The notes: generated by a model from the sequence alone, not told the origin. DNA of 63,300 bases, filler included, from Reticulomyxa filosa (GCA_000512085.1; 28 parts of 28 records of this genome joined end to end with filler, not necessarily neighbours in it), one strand, 5' to 3'. Shown: positions 25,911 to 38,657, numbered from the whole stretch's first letter. Program-made: numbers and translations.

Positions 25911-26855
25911 TTATCGCGACACGTTATACAAGTCAATGATTTGTTGTGAAAGATGTAAGACTTGTTTTTCTAAAGTTTGTTTGGATTGCAACAGTTTGAC
26001 GTATTTGATCCTCCATTGAATCTCAGGCGAAATATCGCATTCAGGATTGGGAAAGGACGTGGCATCCTCGATTTCTTGGCGTTCGTCCTTCTTTTCCACT
26101 TGCGATTCATTTTTCAAGTTTTTGAAAGTGTCGATTTGCAAATTCATATCCCGCACTTTCTGTTGTTCCGTATGCAATTCACGTTGCAATCGTACAATCA
26201 TTGTATCTTTTTCTTGGAATTGTCGTTTTAATTCTTTGTTAATAATATTAAATTTTTTTTTTTAAAGATGGATACAATGTAGGAGAGGATATATATATAT
26301 ACATATATATGTACATACATACATTACATAAATTTGCCAAAGTTAAAAAAAAAAAAAAAACGTAAACCCTCAAGTTCTTTATTTTTATCAATACCAGTAT
26401 CCATGATCTTCCGCAATTCAATGGTTTGTCTTCTCTGATCATTGAGCCGACTTTCGTACTCTTCTCTGAGCTCGTTCATTTCCTGAATCAAGCGAATGTC
26501 CGACGCGCTTTTTATCCCGGTGAATGTAACATGACTGCTTTTTATTTTGTTTTCGAACGAAGACTTAATCTCTCGGATTTCCTTTTCGTGTGCCAGCAAC
26601 AACTCTTGCTTTTCTGCTTTTAGCATCTTCACTTCCGTTTCGAGCTTCTTGATGTCCCGAGTGGACTCGCGCAGATCGCTCAAGCTCACCTGCGCGTGTC
26701 CGTGTCCGTATCCATGTCCACGGACGGAAAGCTTATCCATTTGTTCTGTAATGTTTTCGATCAGTCGTTCGACGTCGGGATGTTTTCCATCCGTCAAGCT
26801 GGACAACTGCACGCTCAGCATACTTAGCACGGATATCGGATCTTTTGATGACACA

Positions 26856-26887
<32 letters not shown>

Positions 26888-27712
26888 GTTATTATTTTGA
26901 CCGTGGCTCTGTTGGTTGGCCAGTTTGGACTCCAATTCGTGGCAAGTGTTTTGCCACGATCGCGTTTGCTGTTTGTAATAGTCTTCCATTTCATCGTACT
27001 TGCTTTGTAGGTTTTTAAATCTATCGAGTGAATTTTTTTTTTTTTTTAAATATATATGTATATATAAAAAGGGAGGGGATGGAAACAAACAATTTATAAA
27101 AAAAAAAAAAAACACCTGTCTTTTTGGTCGACCAAAACATTCCATGATTTCTTTTTCAAGTCTTCCAACGAATTTTCGTGCGCCAATCGCATGTCCTGTA
27201 AACGCTGCAACAGTCCTTGTAATTCGATTTCTTGCAGCGGCTGCTTCTGTCGATGCAGCTGCTTCAGCACGTCTTCCATTTGGTAAATCTGCGACGGAAG
27301 TGTGTTGTGCTGAAACGACCCCTCGTTCAGCTGCTCTTGCATTATCTCCTTCAATTCGAGTGTCAATCGCCGTTTAACCCTTCTCGGCGATGGGTTGTGT
27401 GTTTGTTGCGTTATCGAATAGTTGTCACTGCCATTCGAATAATCTTTTTCCTTTTCTTTGCCAATATCTCTATCTTTATCTCTATCTCTATCTTTGTCTT
27501 TATCTTTATCTTTTGTTTGTCCATGGTCGCGCGTGACCATATACTCTTGCTCAAACTCGTTCAAACGCTGCTCGATTTCGTCACTTTGTCTGCCAATGTA
27601 CGCTCGTCGCATGTCCGACGTCATTGCCGTCAGGTTTTGGCCCGTACCATTGTTGCCATTTCGACTTCGATTGATATTCATATTATTTGCATTTGAATTT
27701 GAATTTGAATTT
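25911..27712 (-). CDS. Multi-exon coiled-coil protein of unknown function (partial)
   Basis: Three E/Q/K/L-rich heptad ORFs that can be joined by GT-AG introns (e.g. 27021-27115, DQKDR|FKNLQ). Confidence 0.7.
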
Positions 27713-28964
27713 NNNNNNNNNNNNNNNNNNNNNNNNNNNNNNNNNNNNNNNNNNNNTTAATTAATTAANNNNNNNNNNNNNNNNNNNNNNNNNNNNNNNN
27801 NNNNNNNNNNNNGAGTAAACTAGAAATTAAAACAAAAAATTCTTGTCGACTCCAAACAAGTTTTTTTGATGGAGAAACAAAACCTTCTTTATTAGTAAAG
27901 AAGCAAAAATACTAAAAAATTAGAAGTTATTCCAGTTCAACGAGCCCTTCATTTTACCCATATTCTCTTTGTAGAGTTTTAGAGATTTATTAATTGTTTA
28001 CAATGACAAAAAGAAGATTTCTTTCCAATAGGAAACAAAATAACATGTATGTGTATGTAGAAATAATGGATGTCATTATAAGTTCAATAAGACAAAGTTT
28101 ATATTTATTAAATAAAACAAATTCATTTCAATTTTTTATTGACCTTCGCGAGCTTGAAAAAAAAATACGTAAATATCAAGCAAAGTAATTGGATTGCTTG
28201 CTGGCCAAGTTTTTTTCCATTTTAAAAAAAATCATTGGTCGATCTTTTTATATCCCAATTACTAATACTGTAAAAAGATTTTTTTTTTTGCGATCTGTCA
28301 ATGCATTGTGCATAAAAGTTTTTGTTTGAAAGTTGCTCATGAATTCAATGAACACTTAGCACCTTGTTTTTTAATTTACAATATTTTTCCCGTGGTTTAT
28401 CCTCCGCGTGTGGATAGAATAATGTCTTTTGCTAATCAAATACATTGTGAAAAAAAGTTTTAATTAATTTCTTTTTTAAAGGAAAAGACAATTCTTCAAC
28501 GTACTATGTGTAATGTAAACTCCATGTCAGGACAAAGACACTTTTAGGAAATCCCTAAAGCTGTGAGAAATGGCAAGGAGGCGAAGAATACTTTCTTCCC
28601 CCTTAAAATGATCGCTGTTCGAACTGAACGTCTCCTTTTCCAAAAACTCAACAAACTTTCTTTTATCTTTTATTAGTGAATTGCTTTTATCACAAATAGA
28701 ACTTATCTTTTGTTATAGTTTCAACAATATTTTTAAAATATTAAAAAAATATTGATTCTGCTGGTAATAAACTCATTAATTTGTTTTTCAAATACATTCA
28801 GCATATTTAGAAGGCAAGATAATTGATATCATTGAATGTATTAATAAACATTATTTTTCACGCANNNNNNNNNNNNNNNNNNNNNNNNNNNNNNNNNNNN
28901 NNNNNNNNTTAATTAATTAANNNNNNNNNNNNNNNNNNNNNNNNNNNNNNNNNNNNNNNNNNNN

Positions 28965-29143
28965 GTGAAAAATTTAATTTGAGAAATTGTATTTGTTAAG
29001 TAAAAAATATTTTGAACTGAAATTAACATTCTTGAAAAAAAAGACTTGTTTTTTTTTCTTGTGCTATAATGTTTTTATCACTACATTTTCTCAAATAGAA
29101 TTTTTTACTTAACAAATACAATTTCTCAAATTAAATTTTTCAC
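28965..29143. repeat. Perfect 44-bp inverted repeat with a 91-nt spacer
   Basis: 28965-29008 (gtgaaaaatttaatttgagaaattgtatttgttaagtaaaaaat) is the exact reverse complement of 29100-29143. Confidence 0.95.
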
Positions 29144-29789
29144 TTTATCAAATATAATTTTTTTAATTATACAATATAATCATTTAATTTTATTCACTAG
29201 AATTTTCACTATTTTACAATATTTATCACGCCTATAAGAAAATTACCAAAAACAAAAAAAGAAGTGTTGTTCATGAAAAGTAAAATCAGATAAGTACAAC
29301 TTAAAGTTTAACAAGTCCAACATACTACCTCAAGGGTAGTCCATAAACAGCTAACGAAAAGTTGCTTTTATGAAAGGTTTACTGTGAAATATTAGGAATG
29401 CAGTGTCTCTCATGATGTACTTAGGTGTATTTGAGAGTGCATATTTGAGATAGTGTGTTTGAGATAGTGTATTTATGATATGATGCATAACTGATAAATT
29501 AGCAGTTTTCCGATCGTAGGGCGCTTTTGGCTGTCAGTTTATAAAATAATGGTTTCACTATTTTTTTTCTTTAAATTTTTTTTAAAAAAATTTTCGTTGA
29601 AGAAATACGTTGAAAGGACTTATCAAAATTTTATTTTAGTTTAAAAACCAACGATTTGAAATGCTTCAACAATTTTTATGTTTGTTTTTGTTTTGTTTTT
29701 TGATTGTAACAGTTTTGTTCAGTTTTGTAAGTGGTGATAACGGAGAGTGTTGAATTTTATACATTTTAAGTTCAATACATTTCTCAAAT

Positions 29790-30400
29790 GGAAACTTCAT
29801 TGGATGTGACAATCTGAGTTAATAACTTATTCTGGTGGATATTGATCATCGATAAAGTTGATAATTTACTATAAATTATCTTTAAATCACTTTCAATATA
29901 GTGATTGCTTCCACAATTGATATGCCATTATTAAATTAGAACTTCTTGTGATATAGTTTCACTTCCTCTTGCGGAATTTGACATTCATAGTGTCGTACGA
30001 GGTTGAATTCATAACTCCGAGAATCCTACAATGCAATTCTTTGGATTCTTTCAAGCCTTTTCTTGTGTGATTCTGCCGCTCCATTCCAGAATGCACAGGC
30101 ATATTCCAAAAATGATCTGATAATTGTCGTATACAATAAATTGTACACAGACAAGCTTGAACGAATTCCTTTATATGAGCACAGTAATGTTAAATATCCA
30201 AGTTTCTTCGAATAAACGTAGTTAATGTGTTGCTGGAATGTCATTTGTTGATCATTAATTTCAATTTCATCTTTGGATATTTTTGTTTATTTTCATCTTG
30301 AATGTATTTGATTGAGTTTTATCTGGAGCTAATAACATTTTCCATTTTAATGCCACACTGAAATTTTATCCAAATTGATCAATCTTTTTTAAAGTATGAT
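29790..30400 (-). mobile_element. LINE reverse transcriptase C-terminal (thumb) relic
   Basis: KWKMLLAPDKTQ / MTFQQHINYV..LYTTIIRSFLEYACAFWNGAAESHKKRLERIQRIAL*ILGVMNSTSYD. This is the LYxxxIRxxLEY..W..LExIQ..A pattern of non-LTR RTs, broken by stops. Confidence 0.88.
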
Positions 30401-30813
30401 CAAACAGACTTGAATTTCCAAAAATCTTTTTTGTTGAAAGGAAATATCTTTTTGATTATTATTTTGTACCACTTTTTGTTATGTTTGTTTTTATCTTCGA
30501 TTTATTGCAAGAAGGATTTAGATCAAAGAAAAAGGACATCGATTATAATTTCCAATATCTTTATGTTCATCGCTGAAGTGAGACAGGAAGATCTGGAGTG
30601 TTATGTCGAAGAGATTTGCATTCATTATCACGATCATTCAATAACATGACTGATATATTCAATGTGGAAATTTCATGTCCTGATCAAAAGAAACCGTTAT
30701 TATTCTGCAGTTTNNNNNNNNNNNNNNNNNNNNNNNNNNNNNNNNNNNNNNNNNNNNTTAATTAATTAANNNNNNNNNNNNNNNNNNNNNNNNNNNNNNN
30801 NNNNNNNNNNNNN

Positions 30814-30814
30814 C

Positions 30815-30851
<37 letters not shown>

Positions 30852-32696
30852 GCCTATTCGACCCTATGTCGTAGTTCCTGGTCATTCTTCGTGCATAAGC
30901 ATTCAAACGAACGACAAAGCGCTAGGCGTTGGTGTTGGTGTTGATATTAGCGTCGGTGGTGTTGGAGTGAACATGGTCGATAGTGCAGCGAAAAGAATGG
31001 AACTGCGAAGGAATACGGACGTGCAACAGGGATGGAGAAAAGGTAATGAAGCAAGCCTTTGCAATAGCTACAACAACAATAATAACAACAACAGTAGCAA
31101 TAATAGTAACAATAATTTGTTTGGTAACGATGCACGTACAACAGCAACAGACCTTCATACGGCGGCAGTATTGCTATCTTCATTGTCATCCGAGACATGC
31201 AGTGGTGTTATGTCGAACGTGCACGTCGATGACAACAACGAACAGATCCTGAACTTGCAACGCGCCAGCACCACGGGCTACGTAGTATCGTCTCCTGCTA
31301 TTGCAACACTCCCGGTCAAGTACAAACGCGATTGCCATTTCGAACGCTCCTCGATTCCTATCCCGTCCCTTCCCAATTTGGCCTTGAATGTCCCCGATCA
31401 CGCCATTTGCTCCTTCGATTTGACCACCCATCTCGAACCCAAGGCCGTTGCCGATTGCGATCTCTACGTTGCCAGTGGCAGTCATTGCAATAGCAATTAC
31501 GATGGCAACGCAAGTGCAAATGCAAATGACAATGACAATGACAATGACGAGGAACGAAAGAAGATAAATGATCATACCCTCTTTAAGCGTCATGGTACAC
31601 TTTTTTTTTGTTTGTTTGAAGAAACAATTGGAAAGATTAATAATAATAATAATAATAAAAAAAAAATGCCCCCTTTTTCAATCCAATTTTGGTTGTGGCA
31701 CAATTTTCTTTAACACACGCACACGTATCCAACATTTCAAAAATTAAGAAATTTTTGTTGTTGTTGTTTTTTTTTTTTTTTTTCTGGTGGATATGTGTAA
31801 TTAATTATACGTCCGACATTACTAAATCTAATTGGTGAATGACGAATCTCGTTGCTTGTTGCTAACGTTATATCCAGTACTCGAGTATTGTGATGCTTCC
31901 TTTCAATGTGCTGAATGTGGTCGGTGCTATCAATCCGAGAAAGGTCTAAAGCGCCACGAACGTATCCACGACCCAGCCACTCGTGGATGTCCCTACTGCC
32001 ACAAGAAATTTGCTCGAAAATCGTATTTGTATGATCATATCCGAACGCATACCGGTTAAGTCTCAGAGGGATTGGAATGAATAAAAAAAAAATAAAAATA
32101 AAAGGGAGGGAAGTAATTTTTCACGTATACGTTGCACTTAGAAAACAGCCACAAACTTGTTACTTCCATGAGTTTTTTTTGTGGATCATTATTTCAATCC
32201 TTGTGCTTGATGCTACTTTAATTAATGCTGATGTATGTGTGTATGTTTATGTTTCTTCAACAGGAGAAAAACCGTACCCTTGTCCTTCTTGTTACAAATC
32301 CTTTGCCTGCAAAAGAAATTTAAATCAGCACATTCGAGTTAAAGTGGTTTGAAGAAGGAGGAGAAAAAAAAATTGTGAAATTTTTAATGTTTTTTTTTTC
32401 CTCCCCTTTTGACTTTCTTTTAAACAAACGGTCAAATAACTTTTTTTTTTTTTTTCTTATTGTCCTTTTTTTTAAATACTTTGCTGTTTTGATTACGCAT
32501 ACATCAAGTGTGGCTTTTTTTTGTTGTTATCACGTAACAACATCGGAAATTATTTTTCTTTGTCGAAAATAGTTAATGTTGATAAACTGAATAGACCCAT
32601 TCAAATGTAAAGCGCTACTGCTGCAAATGGTGTGACCGCAAGTTTCGTGTTAACCAAAGTCTGAAGGTTCATCTGGCCAAGGTTCATCAACAGTAA
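30814..32696 (+). CDS. C2H2 zinc-finger transcription factor (4 fingers, N-rich N-terminus, multi-exon)
   Basis: [65 protein letters not shown], and last exon CKWCDRKFRVNQSLKVHLAKVHQQ* (ends 32696). (CAA)n repeat at 30814-30851. Confidence 0.9.
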
Positions 32697-34320
32697 ACGT
32701 TTTAATCGTTTTTTTTATTTTGTTTGTTTATTTGTTCGTTTGTTCGTTTTTGTGGTTTGTCCTTAAAACACGTAACAGACGTGTGTTGGTGTTGTTTTGA
32801 TTTTTGTTTCGTTATTTTATTTATTTTTTTTCCTTGTTGGTGTCATTTGGTTGTTTTTTTTCCCTTGTGAGATCTTTCTTTCTTTCTTTGGCTTATTTGA
32901 AGCCAGGGAAAGTAGGATGCGAAACTCCTTCCAAAGAGAGAGTTTGTGTTTGTTGACTACTTGTTTGATTTGCTACACCCCTTTTTGGTTTGTTTGTTGG
33001 TTGAGTAGGTATGTTTTTATTGTTTTTTCCTTGGTAAGAGAAAGTATACTCTTGTTTGTTGGTTGGATTTTGTTCTTGAATAACCTTTGAAGTAAAAGTG
33101 ACAAAGGATATTTGGAATTTATTAGTCAGAATTTCACTGTTGGTTATGGATTGCTGTATTATCTGGATATTACCACAAATTCACTTTGTTTGTTGTTCGT
33201 CATACATGTTGTTTTTGGTCTGAATGTCTCGCACCAAAAATTTGTTGGGAATAATTTCTTTTCAAATTCCTGTTCACAACTTATAATTCTTCAAAGTCGC
33301 TGTTATATGCTTCATAATTAAGAATATTTTTGAACCATTTTATTTTGTTGTCTTGGATTACACTATGCTATATACTATTGCAACATAACTTGTGGCATTA
33401 AAATCTTCTTTTTGTAGATGTGATACCTCAATGAACATTTCTTTACACGTTGTTATTGCAACAACGATCTTTTTTTCACAAAAATGTTGAACATTACTTT
33501 AAATGTTCAAAATTTTTATCATAATTGCAAATCAGTGGTCATACTGAAAAATGCATTTTCAAATCTTCTTTGAAGATAAACATTGTCCTAATTTTCTTAA
33601 AGGAAAATTTTGAAAGCGTAATTATGTCCAGAAAAACGAATTGCTTTTAAAAAGCACATATGTACCATTTTATTTTTCATTAAAACTATCTTTTCTCAGT
33701 ATGTGTAAAAAGTGGTCCATTTTGAGTTAAGTAAATTGCCAATGAGAAAATTAAATCTCATCAACTGATCTTCACACAGTCGGAATGTGTACATATAACA
33801 CAAAACGTACAGATAATACATAATAGGGTCAGTAGTTTGCAACAAAAGTGGCTTGTAATGAAGACAATCGATTTTCTCAATGAAAAACAAACATTTGATC
33901 CTAATTTTAAAAAAATATTACCTCAGAACATCTCAAAAATAAAAGACAACAAAGTGTGAATCAGAAAATTAATTACATTTATAAGCAGCATTATGGGTGC
34001 ACAATTTTTTTTGCAAACTACTCTATGTTGTTAGGGATAGTGAGTTATCCTAAACGTTTTTGAATAAAGAGGATTCTTGGAATTTTTTAGCGATAATGCA
34101 ATTGCACTAACAAGAGAGTATAATGAAGTTGTAAGTATTGCCAAATATGTTAATTATTATGTACATATTGCGATCCTCATTGTTTTGTTTATTTTTATCA
34201 TTTGAACATAAATTTTGAACAAATTGCAATGATCATTTTCCTCGTCTATTGAAACTCATTAGATTAGTCTGTTTTGTGAATTTATTTGAATTATTTTGGA
34301 AAGGACGCAATGATTATAGT

Positions 34321-34531
34321 TGTGTAAGGCAACGTGTAGTACTCGGTAAAAAATTTCAAGGAATCTTGTTCCCTTTTTCTCTTAACTTTCCACACTCCAT
34401 TTTTCTACCAATTTCCTCCACATTCTTCGTTTTGCTATTATTTCATTTCTTTGTTTAATTCACTTCTGCAATTTACTGAAATTTTGCTTCAAAGAGCAAA
34501 TCTTTCGTATTACACTTTTGGTCGTTACACA
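34321..34531. mobile_element. Solo-LTR-like element (TGTAATACGAAA family)
   Basis: Inverted termini TGTGTAAGG ... CGTTACACA; core tttcgtattaca at 34503-34514; 211 bp, matching the 212-bp copy. No TSD seen. Confidence 0.6.
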
Positions 34532-34763
34532 CTTTCTGTGATTGTATGATATTTCGCTTTTAAAATATCAGCTCTTTGTTTTATTTTTCATATTTCTTTT
34601 GTGCTCTGTTTCAATTTAAACGAGTTTCACAAACTCTGTATGCATGATTAATACAATTGATACTTTGCATTTTAAAAAAAACCTGTTAGTTCGTTCGGGT
34701 CTGGAAGTAAAAAAAAGGACAAACGATAGAAAGAAAAAATCCGTGTTGTCTCCAATATTTGTG

Positions 34764-35190
34764 ATGTCCAATTCTGCCCTAAAAGCTGAGCCTGTAGTAA
34801 CGAACCATTTCTTTCAACTGCTTCGTGATCATTATCAAGCTTTATATGAAGCAGTGAGTCAAAATGGTTGGCGCATTTGCGTACCTCACAGTAGTTCGCT
34901 GCATAATATCAATTTGAATGAGCAATTTATCAAATCGCATATACTACAAAGTAGTCCATTTTTCAAAGACGAGTTTGTAACACGTAATGGGCAATGTGTG
35001 ACAATTCGAGAAGGAGTGATATCGACGAAGACAGGATTCGATACCCCTTGCAAGGCCAAGATCCTATCGGAGGAGCTGTTTTACACAATGAATTCGAAAT
35101 TCATTGTTTATTGTATATCATGTCCGTTGGTGGAATCCAAAGCATCCACTTCAGGTCACTCTAATTATATCGGAGGATTTCCCTACGGGT
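34764..35190 (+). CDS. ANKRD27/VARP-like protein, N-terminal exon (VPS9-domain family)
   Basis: NHFFQLL..ICVPHSSSL..KSHIL..FVTRNGQCVTI..GF..KILSEELFY..VYCISCPL matches the VARP N-terminal pattern (NPFY..LVP..SL..FQTLNGK..GF..ILFEETFY..LCIAHPL). The contig ends in the next intron. Confidence 0.75.
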
Positions 35191-36491
35191 TAAGGATTTG
35201 TTTTTATTTGTTTATTTGCATTTGTTTTAACCTTTTTTGTGGTTTAACTTTAACTCAAAAAAAAAAAAAANNNNNNNNNNNNNNNNNNNNNNNNNNNNNN
35301 NNNNNNNNNNNNNNTTAATTAATTAANNNNNNNNNNNNNNNNNNNNNNNNNNNNNNNNNNNNNNNNNNNNGGGAAAATCAACAACAACAATAAATAAAAA
35401 GCGATACGATGGATATCAGCCATTGATGATCTGGTGTTTTTCGCTGGCGTGACGACATGAGTCAGGGAATTAATAACATTTACTGCGAATTTGGACGACT
35501 GTGCAAACATTCCAAGCATATACACTATCAACCCGAAATAACAGCAAACATTCACGCAAGCCGAAATCGACTCGCTGCTATCCACTGCAACAGTTCTTAC
35601 TCCCTGGCTTCGAATTCTTTGATATCACACAAGAGAATGGCTGCCCTCTATGTCAAGCTCAACTTTGTTCTTCCAAACTCTACCGCAAAAACGTACAGAT
35701 CACTGCTGCACCCAGCACTCTTGTAATTTTATTTTATTTTTTTAACAAAAAGAGATGTAGTGAATCAATCTTCTCTTCTCTTGTTTCACCAAACACATAT
35801 ACATATATATGCTATACGATAGACCTTTCCAAAAGCAGTCAGCGCAGATCTCGCAACTCCTCCAGGCTTGATATATCCCAACCTGCAATTGAACAGACGC
35901 AACAAAAATCGATAGTGATGCAGACAAAGAACAAAACAAAAAAAATATTTAATTAAATAAACTTAAAAGTATGTACAGTTGTTGGTCATGTTTGTGTGAG
36001 TCTTTGGATGTGGTATCAACATCTTTAATTTCATATTTTATCGTAAATAAAATTAAAACATTTTTATTAATGGATTTCATATATATTTGGCTTCTTTTAC
36101 TATCATCAACAAGAAAGCGTTTAATTTTATGATTGATCCGAATGTTTTGAGGCATACTTTTAAAAAAGAGTGTTTACATTTTGATCAATACAACTATACA
36201 TTGAAACATTGATGAAAATAACCAATTGAAATGAACAATTTAAAAAGAAATTCAATTAAATATTTAATTTAAAGGACATAAAGGGAACAATGTACAAAAT
36301 GTTACTAACTAAAAATAAATATGTTTCCTGAACAAATGATTTCATCTTTATTCCAATAAGCTTTCATTCTCCCATATGTGCCAAATTGTCCNNNNNNNNN
36401 NNNNNNNNNNNNNNNNNNNNNNNNNNNNNNNNNNNTTAATTAATTAANNNNNNNNNNNNNNNNNNNNNNNNNNNNNNNNNNNNNNNNNNNN

Positions 36492-36528
36492 ATCGTTTTA
36501 GGCGTTCAGTTTTCTTTGCAACCTACTG
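36492..36528. mobile_element. Tc1/mariner-like terminal inverted repeat at a TA target
   Basis: Reverse complement reads TA|CAGTAGGTTGCAAAGAAAACTGAACGCCTAAAACG. Nearly identical at 58984-59017, with unrelated flanks beyond the TA. Confidence 0.7.
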
Positions 36529-37716
36529 TACTTTGGCTAAAAATGATTGAATATCTTGTTTTGTCATTTTTGGAGATTGATTGCAATATTTTCATGCTTC
36601 AATTCTTGTTCAAATAATTTTCTGAAATTTATAACATCCGTTTTTTTCACATTTTTGAGAATTACTGGTTGTTGAAATGAAGTCCAAATAATTTTGAATA
36701 TATGTTCATTACTTTCAAATTCTTTTTTTACATCTTCATCTGATTTAATAACATTGTCCTTTATATTAATTAATTGCAGCTCTACATTTCCTTATTGATT
36801 TTTTGGATTTTAGTTGTCTGTGAAAGGAATTCATTGATTGTAATTGCCTGATTTGTTTGATATCGCCCCAAACACTTACGCATTTCATTACCAGTGTATG
36901 TATTTCCTCCTTTCCAATCAGATCCAAAAGACAACAAAGATACGTCATTGTTATCTTTGTAATTATCTATCAGTTTTACTCCAGATTGTCTATACATTTT
37001 ATCTTTATGTATTTCACTGTAAGAATTTTCTAAGTGACCACTTTTATACTGATTTTCGTCTGGATCAAAAAAAGGAAAAAAAGACAAAAAAGCAAAAGTC
37101 TTGGCTTGTCTCTGGCGTCGTAGAACGACACCAGGTATAAACTAGTACTTTTTCATTTTTTACCTTTTCCATTTTTTAAAAAGTAATTGTAAGCCCTTTC
37201 AATGACAACACAATTGCCATTGCAGTTTTTTTTTGCAATTATAAGTTAGTGCTAAGAAATATTGTTTGCGTATGAATTATATCGTTGTTGTTTTGTAAAT
37301 TGATTATATTTTTATTTTTTCCAATATCAAACAATATATTCTAAAAGTGTTACTAAAAAATAGATTCATGTTTATTCTACTCCAAAAAATTGGAGCGGAA
37401 AAAAAGCTTCAAACTGAACAAAAAAAATTCTTATTGACCCCAAGAAAAGTTTTTACAAGTTTTTTTTAAGGAGAAACAAAATCTTCTTTGCCAGTAAAGA
37501 AGCAAAAATAATAAGAAATTAAAAATTATTTCGTCCTTCATTTTCTTTCATCGTAATCTTAAAAAAAAGTTGAAGTATCTTTTTCATCATCTTTGCGTCA
37601 TCAAAGATCATCTCAAGAAAAAAAATATACTTTAGCTTAGTAATGAAAGTTTCGTTTAAGTTGTTTTTTTTACGTTTTTTTTATTGTTTTTATCATTTTG
37701 CTTTATGATTAAACAG

Positions 37717-38068
37717 TCAAAAAAAGAAGATATTCAAATCATTATTCATCATTGGATTCGAACATTAAACATTAAATTAGGATGGATTAAAGATTTTGAT
37801 AAACTCGTTGTCAATTATGTTAGTTTATTTGTTCTTTCTTTTCTTAAATGCAAATCAAAATATTATAATATTATTTAACATAGGTTTATGCTATCTTCAT
37901 ATTTGACACATTTCGTTCATTATCCAAATTAATCAATACATTCACTGGACATACTAATTGGGTGCAGAGTATTGATTATTCAACATTTGATGATTGTCAA
38001 CTCATTTGTTCTGGGTCATATGACAAAACAGTTCGTGTATGGGATGTTGATAACAACAAACAAATTCA
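37717..38068 (+). CDS. WD40-repeat family member, 5' exons
   Basis: Exon 37717-37818 SKKEDIQIIIHHWIRTLNIKLGWIKDFDKLVVNY; intron 37819-37883; then FDTFRSLSKLINTFTGHTNWVQSIDYS..CSGSYDKTVRVWDV. Confidence 0.88.
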
Positions 38069-38168
38069 NNNNNNNNNNNNNNNNNNNNNNNNNNNNNNNN
38101 NNNNNNNNNNNNTTAATTAATTAANNNNNNNNNNNNNNNNNNNNNNNNNNNNNNNNNNNNNNNNNNNN

Positions 38169-38657
38169 AAATAATTTGGAATATAATTGAAACAATTTTA
38201 AATTATTATAAAATAATGAATATTTAAAAAAGATCAAGTTACATATTCAATGTTATTTCATTTATGTGGTTATGTAAAATGGCATTATTTAGAAATATCA
38301 AAAAATGAAAATAATATTATTAATTATATGAATATTTTTTATCAATATTCTTTTAATATAGAAAAAGCTATTGAATATTTTGAAGAAATGATTAATATTT
38401 ATAATATTAAACCATCACAAAAAATGATGTTATCTTTATTATTTACTGGTTTACAATATTATCAATATTGCAATTACGATGATGATTTAATATTTTTAAA
38501 AACACAAAAAGATTTTATTATTTGGTGGTGTCATCAATTAAAAAGATTTGTACCAAATACAAATATTACATTGGAAGAATTGATGAAAGTAAAGATACCA
38601 GAATCAATAGAAGAATTTAAAAGTTTTCAATATAATGAATTATTTAAAAAAATTTAA
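38169..38657 (+). CDS. Helical-repeat (PPR-like) protein, 3' fragment
   Basis: IINYMNIFYQYSFNIEKAIEYFEEMINIYNIKPSQKMMLSLL resembles a PPR consensus (A..+FEEM....IKP). Confidence 0.45.

Noticed and set aside
32375-33890. Short F/L/I/K-rich ORFs in AT-rich tracts (also 201-410, 43119-43520, 57907-58726)
   Set aside because: Composition reflects T/A homopolymers in introns, UTRs and intergenic DNA, with no motifs.
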